Source of the DNA: an uncultured Collinsella sp.
GTDB lineage: Bacteria; Actinomycetota; Coriobacteriia; Coriobacteriales; Coriobacteriaceae
Direction of reading: 5' to 3'
DNA length: 56,935 nucleotides
NCBI GenBank assembly: GCA_900757705.1
Contig: CAAEOW010000144.1
Span: forward strand, 1-56,935
The notes under the pieces were generated by a model that did not search any database, was not told the origin of the DNA, and saw only the letters and a program-made list of their open reading frames with translations. Positions 10,033 to 19,885 of this stretch are shown in pieces; positions within the stretch are counted from its first letter, which is position 1; the number at the start of each line of letters is the position of its first letter. A program made the position numbers and the translations under genes.

Positions 10033-10127
10033 GGAACCCGCCCCCGAGAGGGGTTTTCTAAGGCAACATCCCGCAGCCGCAAAGCGGCGAGGTCGTTGCC
10101 GTGAAAACCCCGCAGGGGGCGGGTTCC
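10033..10127. repeat. Structured palindromic intergenic element, copy 2
   Basis: GGAACCCGCCCCC/GGGGGCGGGTTCC outer stem, GGGGTTTTC/GAAAACCCC, GGCAAC/GTTGCC, CCGC-AAA-GCGG cap, CGCAG/CGAG loops. Confidence 0.65.
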
Positions 10128-10139
10128 GAACGGCAAAGA

Positions 10140-12593
10140 TTACGAGCGGACCTCGCCGTTTACGCCCTTGCACACCTTGGTGACGATCTTCTGGTGCGCC
10201 TTCTCGACCTCTTCGCTGGTGAGCGTGTGGTCATCGGAGCGATACGTAAGCGCAAAGGCCATGGACTTTTTGCCCTTGCCGATGCGAACCGGATCGCGGT
10301 AGACATCGAACAGGCGCACGCCCTCGAGTAACTTGCCGCCGGCGCTCGTAATGCGGCGCTCAAGATCCTCACAGGTCACGGAGTTGTCAACCACGATAGC
10401 GAGGTCGTGCTCAACAGCCGGGTACTGCGAGAACTCGCGATAGTTCTCCTGGTTGCGGGCGCCCTTGATCAACTTGTCCAGATCGAGCTCAAAGGCAACG
10501 ACGACCTCATCGATGCCCATCGCCTCGCGCGCCTCGGGGTGAATCTCGCCGACCCAGCCCAGCACGGTGCCGCCGGACAGAACCTCGGCCGCACGACCCG
10601 GCTGCAAGAAAGCGTAGCCCTCGCCCTCGACGGGACGGAAGCGAACCTTCTCGATGCGCAGCTGGGCGAGCAGCTCCTCGACAATACCCTTGCCAAAGAA
10701 GAAGCGCAGCTTGCGGTACTTCATGTTCCAGGACTGCTCGCTCCACTGGCCCGAAAGCACGCCCGCGACGGACTTGGTCTCCTTGGGCAGGCTGGCGTTC
10801 TCGCGACCGTGGAACAGGCTGCCGACCTCGTACAGATGCACGTTGGGCGTACCGTGCGCCTCGTTGTAGGCCACGGACTGCAAAAGACCCGGCAGCAGCG
10901 AACGACGCATCTCGGTCTGCTCGGCTACCAGCGGGTTCATGAGCACCACGGGGCAGCCGCGGCCCTCGGTGGACATGCCGATCTTCTCCAGGTCGCCCGG
11001 GGCGGCAAAGCCAAAAGTCGTGGTCTCGTTGAGGCCGCAGGCGCGCAGGATTTCGCCGACCTTGCGGGTGAGCTTCTGCTCGCGGGTCAGGCCGCCGATG
11101 TGGTTCTTGGCAGCCGGGATGGTCGCCGTCACACGGCCCATGCCCCATAGGCGCAGGACCTCCTCGATCAGATCGATCTCGCGCGGCAGGTCGGGACGGA
11201 AGCTCGGCGGCGTGACCATAAAGTCCTCGCCGTCGCGCTCGACGGTGCAGCCCAGGCGGGTAAGCGAGCGCTCGATAAAGTCGGGCTCGATGTCGGCGCC
11301 GCAGATGGCGTGCACGCGGGCCAAACGCAGCTTAATGCTGTCGATGGTCTTGGGCGCGGGGAACACGTCCACATAGCCGGGGGCGACCTCGCCGCCGGCG
11401 ATCTCCTCGATGAGCGCGCACGTCACATTGGCGACGTCCACGCAGCCGGTCTCGTCGACCTGGCGCTCAAAGCGAATGGAGGCGTCGGAGATCAGCGATA
11501 GGTCACGGCTGGTGTGCGAGGTGCGGCCGGCGTCGAAGCAGGCGCTCTCGACCATCACGTCAACGGTATCGTCCTCGATCTCGGAATCCATGCCGCCCAT
11601 GACACCGGCCAGCGCCACGGGACGCTCGCCGTCGGTGATGAGGCCCATGCCGGCGTCGAGCACGCGCTCCTCGCCGTCGAGCGTCGTGAACTTCTCGTCC
11701 TGCTGGGCGGCGCAAACCACCACACGACGGTGGCCATCGCGCGCGGCAAAGGTGTCCAGGTCAAAGGCGTGCAGCGGCTGACCGGTGAGCATCATCACAT
11801 AGTTGGTGATGTCGACGATGTTGTTGTGCGGGCGCACGCCCAGGGCGTTAAGGCGCTTGACCATCCAGTCGGGCGACGGGCCGACCTTGACGTTGCGCAC
11901 GATGCGGGCAACGTAGCGGTCGCACAGGCCCTCGTCGGCAATCTCGACGGAAAGCTCGTCGTCGGTCGCGCGGCCGGTCTCGGCCTTGATGGCGGGCAAC
12001 TCAACGTGGAAATCGCGGTCGAAGATGGCGCCGGTCTCGCGGGCCATGCCGATCATGGACAGGCAATCGGGACGGTTGGGCGTGATCTCGCAGTCGAGCA
12101 CGGTGTCGCTCGAGCCCACGTACTCGGCAAACGGCATGCCGCAGGGCGTATCCTCGGGCAGAATCATAATGCCGGAGTGGTCGCCACCCAGGCCAAGCTC
12201 GCGCGCGGAGCAGTTCATGCCCATGGACACGACGCCGCGAAGCTTGCTCTTCTTGATCTTGACGTCGCCGGGAAGCACGGCGCCGATCATGGCCGTGACG
12301 ATGTGGTCGCCGGCCTCGAAGTTCTGCGCGCCGCAGACGATCTGCAGCGGAGCGGGGTTGCCGTCGGCGTCGAGGTTCTTGTCACCCACGTCGACCGAGC
12401 ACACATACATGTGGTCGCTATCGGGGTGGGGGGTCTTGGTGAGCACCTTGGCAGTCACCACATGGTCAAAGGATTCTCCCACGGTGTCAATCGCCTCGAC
12501 CTCGGTGCCGGTACGGATGTATTCGTCCGAAAGGGTCTTGGGATCCTCCGGAATATCGATCATGGTCTTGAGCCAGTCGTAAGAAACGCGCAT
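10140..12593 (-). CDS. pheT: Phenylalanine-tRNA ligase beta subunit
   Basis: tRNA-binding domain, TPNRPDCLS, GQPLHAFD, B5 and FDX-ACB domains. Confidence 0.98.
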   Translation of the reverse strand: MRVSYDWLKTMIDIPEDPKTLSDEYIRTGTEVEAIDTVGESFDHVVTAKVLTKTPHPDSDHMYVCSVDVGDKNLDADGNPAPLQIVCGAQNFEAGDHIVTAMIGAVLPGDVKIKKSKLRGVVSMGMNCSARELGLGGDHSGIMILPEDTPCGMPFAEYVGSSDTVLDCEITPNRPDCLSMIGMARETGAIFDRDFHVELPAIKAETGRATDDELSVEIADEGLCDRYVARIVRNVKVGPSPDWMVKRLNALGVRPHNNIVDITNYVMMLTGQPLHAFDLDTFAARDGHRRVVVCAAQQDEKFTTLDGEERVLDAGMGLITDGERPVALAGVMGGMDSEIEDDTVDVMVESACFDAGRTSHTSRDLSLISDASIRFERQVDETGCVDVANVTCALIEEIAGGEVAPGYVDVFPAPKTIDSIKLRLARVHAICGADIEPDFIERSLTRLGCTVERDGEDFMVTPPSFRPDLPREIDLIEEVLRLWGMGRVTATIPAAKNHIGGLTREQKLTRKVGEILRACGLNETTTFGFAAPGDLEKIGMSTEGRGCPVVLMNPLVAEQTEMRRSLLPGLLQSVAYNEAHGTPNVHLYEVGSLFHGRENASLPKETKSVAGVLSGQWSEQSWNMKYRKLRFFFGKGIVEELLAQLRIEKVRFRPVEGEGYAFLQPGRAAEVLSGGTVLGWVGEIHPEAREAMGIDEVVVAFELDLDKLIKGARNQENYREFSQYPAVEHDLAIVVDNSVTCEDLERRITSAGGKLLEGVRLFDVYRDPVRIGKGKKSMAFALTYRSDDHTLTSEEVEKAHQKIVTKVCKGVNGEVRS

Positions 12594-12653
12594 GTAGCTC
12601 TCCTAGTTCTTAATCTCCGCATAGGGAGGAAATATCAAATGAAGACGTTCGCC

Positions 12654-12760
12654 TTAGGGTTGTCCAGGTGCCCCAGGTTGGCGTGAAAGAGGAGCGACGC
12701 GTACTAAAGGTACGCGAGCGACGGTTTGAACGCCAAGATGGGGTGCCTGGGCAAGCCTAA
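12654..12760. repeat. REP/MITE-like long hairpin between pheS and pheT
   Basis: TTAGG..CCAGG..CCCCA..TTGGCGT arms pair with ACGCCAA..TGGGG..CCTGG..CCTAA; inner CGCGTAC-TAAAG-GTACGCG. Confidence 0.6.
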
Positions 12761-13833
12761 AATTGGTTCAGGAAGCGCATATCACCAGTCATGAGAGTTC
12801 TGAGGTCGGGCAGGTCGTAGCGCAGTGCCGCGACGCGCTCGGCGCCAATACCAAAGGCGAAGCCGGTGTACTTCTCGGGGTCGATGCCGCAGTTGATCAG
12901 GACGTTAGGGTCGACCATGCCGCAGCCCAGGATCTCGATCCAGCCGCTGTGCTTGCAGAAGTTGCAGCCCTTGCCGCCGCACACGTGGCAGCTCACGTCC
13001 ACCTCGCAGCTGGGCTCGGTGAAGGGGAAGAAGTGCGGGCGATAGCGCGTCTTGCGATCCTCGCCAAACATGCATTTAACAAAGTAGTCGAGCGTGCCCT
13101 TCAGGTCGCCAAAGGTAATACCCTCGTCGACGACCAGTCCCTCGATCTGGTTGAACTGCGGCAGGTGGCAGGCATCGGCCGTGTCGGGACGATAGACGGT
13201 GCCCGGGCAGATCATGTAGATGGGCGGCTTTTGCGACTCCATGGTGTGGATCTGCACGCCCGAAGTCTGGGTGCGCAGCAGTACGTCGGACTCGCCATGG
13301 GCATGCGCCTCGGGGTGCGCGACGCTGCCGGGGTTGTTGTCGACCACGTAGAAGGTATCGCGGGCCGAGCGGCTCGGGTGATCCATGGGGGCGTTGAGCG
13401 CGGTAAAGTTGTAATAGGAGGTGTCGACCATGGGGCCGGACTCGACGGTGTAGCCGATGCCGCAGAAGATGTCCTCGGCCTCCTCGATGATCTGCTTGAT
13501 CAGGTGCTGGTGACCGATCTGCGGACGGATGCCCGGCAGCGTGATGTCGACGGCCTCGTGCTCGAGTGCGTGCTTGAGGGCGGCGGCCTTCATCTCGGTG
13601 GTGCGCTCGTCGAGCATGCCCTCGATCAGCTGGCGCATCTCGTTGGCGCGCTTGCCCATCACGGGACGATCCTCGGGGGCGAGCTTGCCCATCATGCGCA
13701 TCAGGCCGGTGATGCGGCCCTTGCGGCCGAGCAGCGCGACGCGCGCGGCCTCGAGCTTCTCGGCGTCCTCGGCGCTCTCGACGAGCTCCTTGGCCTCTTC
13801 CTCGAGTTTGACCAGATCATCAATCAGACTCAT
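12757..13833 (-). CDS. pheS: Phenylalanine-tRNA ligase alpha subunit
   Basis: Start MSLIDD; LRTQTS, FPFTEPS, GWIEILGCG, FAFGIGAER. Confidence 0.98.
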   Translation of the reverse strand: MSLIDDLVKLEEEAKELVESAEDAEKLEAARVALLGRKGRITGLMRMMGKLAPEDRPVMGKRANEMRQLIEGMLDERTTEMKAAALKHALEHEAVDITLPGIRPQIGHQHLIKQIIEEAEDIFCGIGYTVESGPMVDTSYYNFTALNAPMDHPSRSARDTFYVVDNNPGSVAHPEAHAHGESDVLLRTQTSGVQIHTMESQKPPIYMICPGTVYRPDTADACHLPQFNQIEGLVVDEGITFGDLKGTLDYFVKCMFGEDRKTRYRPHFFPFTEPSCEVDVSCHVCGGKGCNFCKHSGWIEILGCGMVDPNVLINCGIDPEKYTGFAFGIGAERVAALRYDLPDLRTLMTGDMRFLNQF

Positions 13834-13914
13834 GTCTTCCCTTTCGTCTCTCGCGCATCCGCGCTCCGGGACGGCTGACGCCGCCCGATGCTGCGGATGC
13901 GCGGCCCGGTTCGG

Positions 13915-14203
13915 TAACAAAAAACCGCCCTCGGGCATGTGCATTGCCCAAGGACGGTTGAATTCCGCGGTACCACCTTGTTTGACCCGGCGGATGTCTG
14001 GCCCGCCGCGTCCACTCTTTACCCCTTATCGCGAGGCTCACGGCTTCCCTACTGGGGCTTCGCCGCCGCTGGCCGCGCGCCCGTTGAGGTTGCTGCTCGG
14101 GAGTGAACGCTTGGCCCTTGCCACCGCAGGAAGGCTTGCAGCCCATGACCTTCCCTCTCTTGCCGGCGACACGGCGGGCAAAACCCTCTCCGTCAACGCA
14201 TTG
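13915..14203 (-). promoter_or_regulatory. T-box riboswitch (Phe) with terminator
   Basis: AAGGTGGTACCGCG T-box at 13966-13979 (minus), AGAGA and GCUG stem I motifs, UUC specifier at 14105-14107, hairpin plus U-tract before pheS. Confidence 0.9.
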
Positions 14204-14336
14204 GGCTACAGGATAACACATTTCGCGAGCGCATCGCCGCGTTCCGTTTTGTTCGCGCTGGGTACAAAGCAGGTAGCTGTGCAAACTGGCCGTGCACCTG
14301 CCTGCGGCGCTCGGCCTGCGAGATTAAGGATACGCT

Positions 14337-15911
14337 ATGGGAAAGAAACTCGATAAGAAGGCCAAGCCCGCAGCGGGCAAGACGCCTAAAGGCATGAAGG
14401 TCGACAAGGCCGTCAAAAAGTTCCGCAAACTCGAGGGCAAGCTGTGGACTCGCGAGTACCTGCTCAAGATTGCCGAGTTCGATGGAGCGACGATTGCTCC
14501 TGCCAACGGCGCTGCCGCCCGTGCCGACGTCATGGGCACGCTTGCCGGCGAACATCACAAGCTACTGACCAGCGAGAAGTCCGTTGAGCTCGTACGCTCG
14601 TTAGCGCGCGAGACGGTTGCAGGCGGACATGTAGACGACCCGCAGCTGCTCGACGAGATCCGTGTGCTCGGTCGCGACCAACGCGAGGCAAGCGTCATCC
14701 CCACCGAGGAGGCCGAGGCCTGGACCAGGCTCACCTGCGAGGCCGATGCCGTGTGGCACAAGGCCAAGACGGCCAATGACTGGGCAAGCTTTGAGCCCTA
14801 TGTGGATAGAATCGTCGCCCAACTTAAGCATCAGGCCGAGCTCATGGACCCCAAGCGCGACCCATACGACGTTTGGCTCGACCAGTACGAGCGCGGCCTT
14901 TCCGCCAAGAGCTTCGATGCGTTTTGCGATGAGGTCAAGGCGACGGTCGTGCCGCTCGTGCACGCCATCGGCGAGCGCGGCCAGCAGCCCGATGCCGACT
15001 TTTTGCACGCCCGCGTGCCCGAGGCCGCCCAGCGCGCCATGAGCTTCGACCTTATGAAGCTCGTCGGTCTGGATCTGGACGACACCACGCTTGCCTTTAC
15101 CGAGCATCCGTTTAGCGAGGGCTTTGCCGTGGGTGACGCGCGCATCGCGACGCACATCTACGAGGACGACTGCATCTCCAACGTCTACAGCATCATCCAC
15201 GAGGCGGGACACGCCATGTACGAGCTGGGCGTCAATCCTGCCTATGCGCGCACCTGCCTGGAGGGCGGCACTTCCATGGGCATCCACGAGAGCCAGAGCC
15301 GCTTCTTTGAGAACACCGTGGGCCGCAGCCGTGCCTTTATGGGACCGCTGCTCGAGGTGCTGCGCCGCCACGCGCCCGAGGTCTACGGCGACGTCGACGA
15401 GGACACGCTCTACCACGCCGTGAACATCGCGCAGCCTTCGCTGATCCGCACCGAGGCCGACGAGCTCACCTATCCGCTGCACGTTATGGTGCGCTACGAG
15501 ATCGAGCGCATGCTGTTTGCCGGCGAGGCCACAGCCAAGGATATCCCCGCGCTTTGGAATCGCTTCATGGATGAGTACCTGGGCATTCCCGTTCCCGACG
15601 ACACGCGCGGCTGCCTGCAGGATACGCACTGGAGCGGCGGTTCGTTTGGCTACTTCCCCACCTATGCGCTGGGCAGCGCCTACGACGCCATGTTTGTGCC
15701 GGCCATGTGCCGCGACGGTGTCGACCTCAACGGCGCCTGCGCGAGCGGCGACCTGACACCTGTCCGCGCCTGGCTGGGCGAGCACATTTGGCAGTGGGGC
15801 CGCGCCAAGGACGCGCCGGAGCTCATCAAGGGCGCCTGCGGCATGGCGTTCGATGCCCGCTACTACTGCAGCTACCTGCAGGACAAGTTCACCACGCTCT
15901 ACGAGCTGTAA
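14337..15911 (+). CDS. Carboxypeptidase M32 (Taq-type)
   Basis: HPF, HEAGH, HESQS, IRTEADE, QDTHW, GYFPTYALG. Confidence 0.95.
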   Translation: MGKKLDKKAKPAAGKTPKGMKVDKAVKKFRKLEGKLWTREYLLKIAEFDGATIAPANGAAARADVMGTLAGEHHKLLTSEKSVELVRSLARETVAGGHVDDPQLLDEIRVLGRDQREASVIPTEEAEAWTRLTCEADAVWHKAKTANDWASFEPYVDRIVAQLKHQAELMDPKRDPYDVWLDQYERGLSAKSFDAFCDEVKATVVPLVHAIGERGQQPDADFLHARVPEAAQRAMSFDLMKLVGLDLDDTTLAFTEHPFSEGFAVGDARIATHIYEDDCISNVYSIIHEAGHAMYELGVNPAYARTCLEGGTSMGIHESQSRFFENTVGRSRAFMGPLLEVLRRHAPEVYGDVDEDTLYHAVNIAQPSLIRTEADELTYPLHVMVRYEIERMLFAGEATAKDIPALWNRFMDEYLGIPVPDDTRGCLQDTHWSGGSFGYFPTYALGSAYDAMFVPAMCRDGVDLNGACASGDLTPVRAWLGEHIWQWGRAKDAPELIKGACGMAFDARYYCSYLQDKFTTLYEL

Positions 15912-15933
15912 GGCATAACCGACACGCCAACGC

Positions 15934-15972
15934 AAAGGGGACGCCGCGGAACCAATCCGCAGCGTCCCCTTT
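15934..15972. terminator. Bidirectional terminator
   Basis: AAAGGGGACGC..GCGTCCCCTTT between convergent genes. Confidence 0.75.
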
Positions 15973-16008
15973 CCACCTAGTCGTTTAAGAACGTCCCCAA
16001 TGACTACC

Positions 16009-17340
16009 TTACAGAGCTTCCAGCGCGGCGGCGATGCGCTTCATGGCGGCGTCGGCGGCGGCTTGGTCGGGGGCTTCGGCCAAAACGCGGATCACCGACT
16101 CGGTTCCGCTCTTGCGCACCAGTACGCGGCCCTCGCCCGCCAGCGATGCCTCGGCCTCGGCGATGGCGTTCTGCACGCCCATGTTCTCGAGCGCGGCGTC
16201 CTTGTCCGCCACGTGCACGGCCACCTGCGCCTGCGGCAGCAGCTTGCACGGAGCCGTGAGCTGCGAGAGCGTCTCGCGCTCGGCACGAATCACTTCCATC
16301 ACGCGCAGCGAGGTCATAATGCCGTCGCCCGTGCGCTCGATATCGCCAAAGATCGTATGGCCCGTCTGCTCGCCACCCAGGCTGTAGCCGCCCTCGCGCA
16401 TCTTGGCATACACGTGACGGTCGCCCACGCCGCTGGTCACGGCGCTCAGACCGGCAAGCTCCAGCGACTTGACCAGGCCAAAGTTGCTGGCAATCGTCGG
16501 CACCACGGTACCGCCCGAGAGACGCCCGTGCTTGTTCAGATACACGCCGCACACGTACAGGATCTGGTCGCCGTCTACCACGCGACCGCGCTCGTCCACG
16601 GCCAGGCAGCGATCGGCATCGCCGTCATAGGCAAAACCCACGTCCAGGCCCTGCTCCACCACGTGGCGCTGCAGGCGCTCCATATGCGTGGAGCCGCAGT
16701 CGACGTTGATGTTGAAGCCATCGGGCGCGGCGTTGATCACGCGCACGTCGGCACCCAGTGCGTCGAACACCGGCTTGGCCACCGAGGATGCCGAACCGTT
16801 GGCGCAGTCAAGACCGATCTTAACGCCCTGCAGCGAAAAGTTCGCGCTTGCGATGAGCGAGGCAATATAGCGGTTGCGGCCCTGCATGTAGTCCACCGTG
16901 GCGCCGATGTGATTGCCCGTTGCCAGCGGCACCTCGCTCTTGCCATCGATATAGTCCTCGATGAGCTCCAGTACGTCCTCGTCCATCTTAAAGCCGTCGC
17001 TGTTGACGAGCTTAATGCCGTTATCGCAAAACGGGTTGTGGCTCGCACTGATCATGATGCCGCAATCGAAGCAGCCCTCCACGGTCTGATGCGCCACGCC
17101 CGGCGTGGGGATCACGTGCAGCATATAGGCGTCCGCACCGCTCGCGACCAGGCCGCTCACCAGCGCCGCCTCAAACATATAGCTCGAGCGGCGTGTGTCC
17201 TTGCCCACGATGACGCGCGCCTTGCGCTCGCGGTTGGCGCCGTAATACCAGCCCACAAAACGGCCAATCTTATAAGCGTGCTCTACCGTCAGCCCAACGT
17301 TGGCCTCACCGCGAAAGCCGTCGGTGCCAAAGTACTTCAT
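16009..17340 (-). CDS. glmM: Phosphoglucosamine mutase
   Basis: YFGTDG, SASHNP, DGDADR, GGEQTGH, RKSGTE. Confidence 0.93.
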   Translation of the reverse strand: MKYFGTDGFRGEANVGLTVEHAYKIGRFVGWYYGANRERKARVIVGKDTRRSSYMFEAALVSGLVASGADAYMLHVIPTPGVAHQTVEGCFDCGIMISASHNPFCDNGIKLVNSDGFKMDEDVLELIEDYIDGKSEVPLATGNHIGATVDYMQGRNRYIASLIASANFSLQGVKIGLDCANGSASSVAKPVFDALGADVRVINAAPDGFNINVDCGSTHMERLQRHVVEQGLDVGFAYDGDADRCLAVDERGRVVDGDQILYVCGVYLNKHGRLSGGTVVPTIASNFGLVKSLELAGLSAVTSGVGDRHVYAKMREGGYSLGGEQTGHTIFGDIERTGDGIMTSLRVMEVIRAERETLSQLTAPCKLLPQAQVAVHVADKDAALENMGVQNAIAEAEASLAGEGRVLVRKSGTESVIRVLAEAPDQAAADAAMKRIAAALEAL

Positions 17341-17423
17341 GCGCTCTCCTTACAAAATAGGGGCGGACAGATTGCCTGTCCGCCCCAAAATGGTACTCGA
17401 TTATCTGCGCTACCAGAAAAACC

Positions 17424-19736
17424 CTACGCCGACGCGCTGTCGCGAGCCGCCTGGCATGTAGGAGTCTGACGCAGCGTAAGCGGCTTGTCCCCCGCCTCGG
17501 CCGACGTGGTCAGCGTATACGTGATCGTCGTCGTCTCGCCAGCATGCAGGTCAACGGTGCCCGAATAGCAGGGAACTCCGTGCCAAGTGGCAGCGAACAG
17601 TCCAAACTGAGTCCCCTCGACGTTTAGATCGGTAATGCTGCCGCCTGTCGGCGCAAACAGTGATACATACAAGCGCTCATCGTCACGCGAGGTCCCAGGC
17701 GCACTGGCCGCTACGTAGTCGGGCAGCTTACCTGCCTCCTCCTGCGTCATGATGTTCGTCAGGGTAACGGTGATGCGATACGAGCAAGCGCCGTCGCCGT
17801 TCTTCACGCCCTGACCAATCTGCGTGTCGGCGTTCAGATACCAGTCGAGCTTGGAGAAGCTCAGGTTGTTAAAGTAAACGCCGGCAACGGGATCGGCACT
17901 CGGATCATCCGGATCGGGCAGCGAAGCGTCAATGCCCGTCTCTTTGATGGCATTCTGCTCATCATCGTTTCTCATCCAAGCGATCAGGCGGCCCTCTTCG
18001 GCACCGCGCTCAACGGCGCTGACAAGCTTCGTAACATCGACATCGCCGATACCGCCAAGGATCTTGTCGAAGGCAGCGCTGGCGACGGATGCAAAGATGC
18101 CGTCAGACTCCTCGACCGGATAGTTCCAGTACACATCGTGCATGAGGACCTTTGCGGCGTTGGTGCCGTCGACAACCGTTCCGTCGGGCAGTGACACGTT
18201 ACCGACCAGGCCCAGCAGATACTGCAGGAACACCGGGTCGATACCGATGACGCCATCAACGTCCTGTCCATACTGGGACTTCCACAGCGCGGCGACACGC
18301 TGCGAGTTGCGGGGCCAATCAGGCGAATAGGTATTGCCCGAGTTGTACAGGTTACTGTGGTTGCCGAACAGCGCCTCATCCTCTTCGTCGACGCTCTCGA
18401 CTGCCTCATCCTCGCTGAGTCCAATGCGGGGAACAAACTCGCCAATCGACATCTGGCCGTCGGTGACCGAAATCAGGCCCTGCGAACCGCCAAAGCCGCC
18501 GCAGGCACGAATCTCGACGTTGTTCATGGCGTACACAAGGTAGTTGCGCGTCTGGCCGTTGGCGCCGAGCATCTGCGGAAGGACGGGGGCGACCTTCTCC
18601 GCCGCGTCAACCGCGCCGTTGAGGGTGGCAAAGCCGTCCTTGGCCTTATCGACCAGCTCGGTCACCTGGGAAATATGAGTATCGCCAATGCCCTGGATCT
18701 TCTCGTTGGCGCTCTTGAACACCTTCGAGCTGCTGGAAAGCGAATCGGCGACCGCCTGCAGCGCGGACACGTTAATCATGCCGTCCTGAAACAGCTTGCC
18801 GGGCGTGGCCTGCGAAAGGTTATCGGCCATGGGAACCAGCGCATTGCTCGAGACATCGGACAGGGCGTCGATCATGGTGCGGGCCGCATTGATGTCGCTG
18901 CCATACACCGGGATAAACGAAGCCGCCGTCCACAGCGGGCTCGAGGTCTCCGCCTTCATGCTGTCGCAAAGCTCATCAATCTTCTTCGCGTCGTCAGGCA
19001 GCGTCGAAAAATCGCCCGACGTGACCTTGTCCTTAAGGCCACCGACAATCTCGACGGCCTCCTTCGCTTCACTCTTTACGGTCTTTGCCGAGTTAAGCAG
19101 CATAAAGCCGCTTGCGCCAAGCGCAACGAGAAGCACCGCGACTACAGCGGCAATAATGGCGCCGGTGTGACGCTTTTTGTGTTCGCCCTTGCGATGGCGA
19201 TGACGGACCAGACCGTCAGAGGTCGAACTCGACGAAGCGTCGCTACCGTAGTTCAAGCCAAAATCGTAATAATCTTCCTTGGAACCCGAGCCCGCAAACT
19301 CGGCACCGCTATCATCCAGGCGGGCGAACGTGCCAGTCTCGGAGGCACCGGTGTAAATCGTGCCAAGGTTACCCGTAAGCCCCGCGCCACCGGCAGAGGG
19401 AGTATTGTTGGCGGCCTTGCCGGCATTAACGTTGCCGGCGGCATTTGCGGCGTTGGCAGCACCTGCGTTGTTCGCAGGTACCGAAGGAGCCCCGCTCGGC
19501 TGCGACGCGGAGGTTGCACCGCCCGCAAAGACATTCCCTCTTGCACGGCCGGTCTTTTTCGCCTTTTGAGACTGCTCGTACAGAGCGGTAAACATCGCCG
19601 TCTCGCCCGGGGACACGCGCTTACCGGAACCGCCCTGTCCAGCGCCGCCCGGCGTGCCGGCCTTACCAGCCCCGTTCGGACGCGGCGGAACTGCAGGACG
19701 GCCGTTATCGCTGCCCTTAAAGTGATTACCAGCCAT
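17424..19736 (-). CDS. DUF4012-family membrane-anchored extracellular protein
   Basis: Low-complexity N-terminus, single TM, RNYLVYAMNNVEIRACGG, SPDWP, VDGVIGIDP, SKLDWYL. Confidence 0.75.
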   Translation of the reverse strand: MAGNHFKGSDNGRPAVPPRPNGAGKAGTPGGAGQGGSGKRVSPGETAMFTALYEQSQKAKKTGRARGNVFAGGATSASQPSGAPSVPANNAGAANAANAAGNVNAGKAANNTPSAGGAGLTGNLGTIYTGASETGTFARLDDSGAEFAGSGSKEDYYDFGLNYGSDASSSSTSDGLVRHRHRKGEHKKRHTGAIIAAVVAVLLVALGASGFMLLNSAKTVKSEAKEAVEIVGGLKDKVTSGDFSTLPDDAKKIDELCDSMKAETSSPLWTAASFIPVYGSDINAARTMIDALSDVSSNALVPMADNLSQATPGKLFQDGMINVSALQAVADSLSSSSKVFKSANEKIQGIGDTHISQVTELVDKAKDGFATLNGAVDAAEKVAPVLPQMLGANGQTRNYLVYAMNNVEIRACGGFGGSQGLISVTDGQMSIGEFVPRIGLSEDEAVESVDEEDEALFGNHSNLYNSGNTYSPDWPRNSQRVAALWKSQYGQDVDGVIGIDPVFLQYLLGLVGNVSLPDGTVVDGTNAAKVLMHDVYWNYPVEESDGIFASVASAAFDKILGGIGDVDVTKLVSAVERGAEEGRLIAWMRNDDEQNAIKETGIDASLPDPDDPSADPVAGVYFNNLSFSKLDWYLNADTQIGQGVKNGDGACSYRITVTLTNIMTQEEAGKLPDYVAASAPGTSRDDERLYVSLFAPTGGSITDLNVEGTQFGLFAATWHGVPCYSGTVDLHAGETTTITYTLTTSAEAGDKPLTLRQTPTCQAARDSASA

Positions 19737-19885
19737 AAAGAAATCCTCGCAATTGAGTCGCAATGAAAAAATCCATAACGTTACTAGTTTATGGCATTTT
19801 GAGCATCGACAGCTAAACTCCAGACACGGACGTCAATTGGCGAAAATGCGGCACAACACCTTTTCTGTCTTGGCGGCGGCGCCAG

